Part shown: positions 63,610 through 64,000 of the stretch, one piece after another
Layout: each line of letters starts with the position of its first letter
How positions within the stretch are numbered: the stretch's first letter is position 1
Assembly (NCBI GenBank): GCA_002633005.1
Contig: NMRA01000324.1
Span: 130,052 to 194,051 of the forward strand
Reading direction: 5' to 3'
Length of the DNA stretch: 64,000 nt
Origin: Phoronis australis
Lineage: Eukaryota; Animalia; Phoronida
Translations under genes and position numbers: made by a program
The notes under the pieces: model-generated
Database searches by the model: none
What the model saw: only the letters and a program-made list of their open reading frames with translations
Told to the model about the DNA's origin: nothing

Positions 63610-64000
63610 ATAACCCCATGAAGATGTTTGCGGCAAGCTTGCAGCAATGTGTGCGGCTGGGTTGCAGGAACTGTTCCATATAAGGACATAGAGATGTTTG
63701 CGGCAAGCTTGCAGCAATGTGTGCGGCTGGGTTGCAGGAACTGTTCCATATAAGGACATAGAGATGTTTGCTGCAAGCTTGCGGCAAACTTCATTTGCAT
63801 GGTAAAAGTTTGCTGCATGTTTGCGCAAGCATGCCGCAAGCTTGCGGCAATGTTTGCGGCTGGGTTGCAGGAAATTTGCATCCACTCTTTGGTCAGAGTT
63901 GATTCTACGTGTTTGCGGCTGGTTTGCAGAAACTTTTGCAGCAAGCTTGCCGCAACTTTGCGGCAAGCTTGCGGCAAGTGTTTGCAGGAAGGCTTTTTTT
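63610..64000. mobile_element. Related gcaagcttgc-rich subterminal repeat region, runs off the window end
   Basis: Same motif family as 60260-60450; ~70-bp internal tandem duplication. Confidence 0.5.

Overview
AT-rich eukaryotic (invertebrate animal, probably mollusc/lophotrochozoan by inference) genomic DNA from a gapped draft assembly. Two intron-rich genes lie head-to-head. On the minus strand is a complete SPT20/SUPT20H SAGA-subunit gene: 19 coding exons reconstructed from GT-AG sites and phases, about 1027 aa, 36036->5825, ending in a polyQ exon. On the plus strand are the first five coding exons of an OTUD4/ALG13-like OTU deubiquitinase (38046->48834); its His-box exon was not found in the window. 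The introns hold many young minisatellites, non-LTR fragments, Kolobok-, CMC- and Helentron-like non-autonomous elements, and a decayed Gypsy element with integrase upstream of RT (Gmr1-like order). Most notable: (1) the exon-6 end plus 5' splice site of SUPT20H is amplified into 15 tandem donors with a 54-bp, 18-codon unit; (2) an intact phase-0 99-bp ankyrin exon lies downstream of OTU exon 5; (3) the SUPT20H start exon sits between competing inverted repeats; (4) a ~150-bp-periodic array of CTCF-like motifs; (5) a P2RX7-C-terminal-like pseudo-exon. Most ORFs in the supplied track are spurious.
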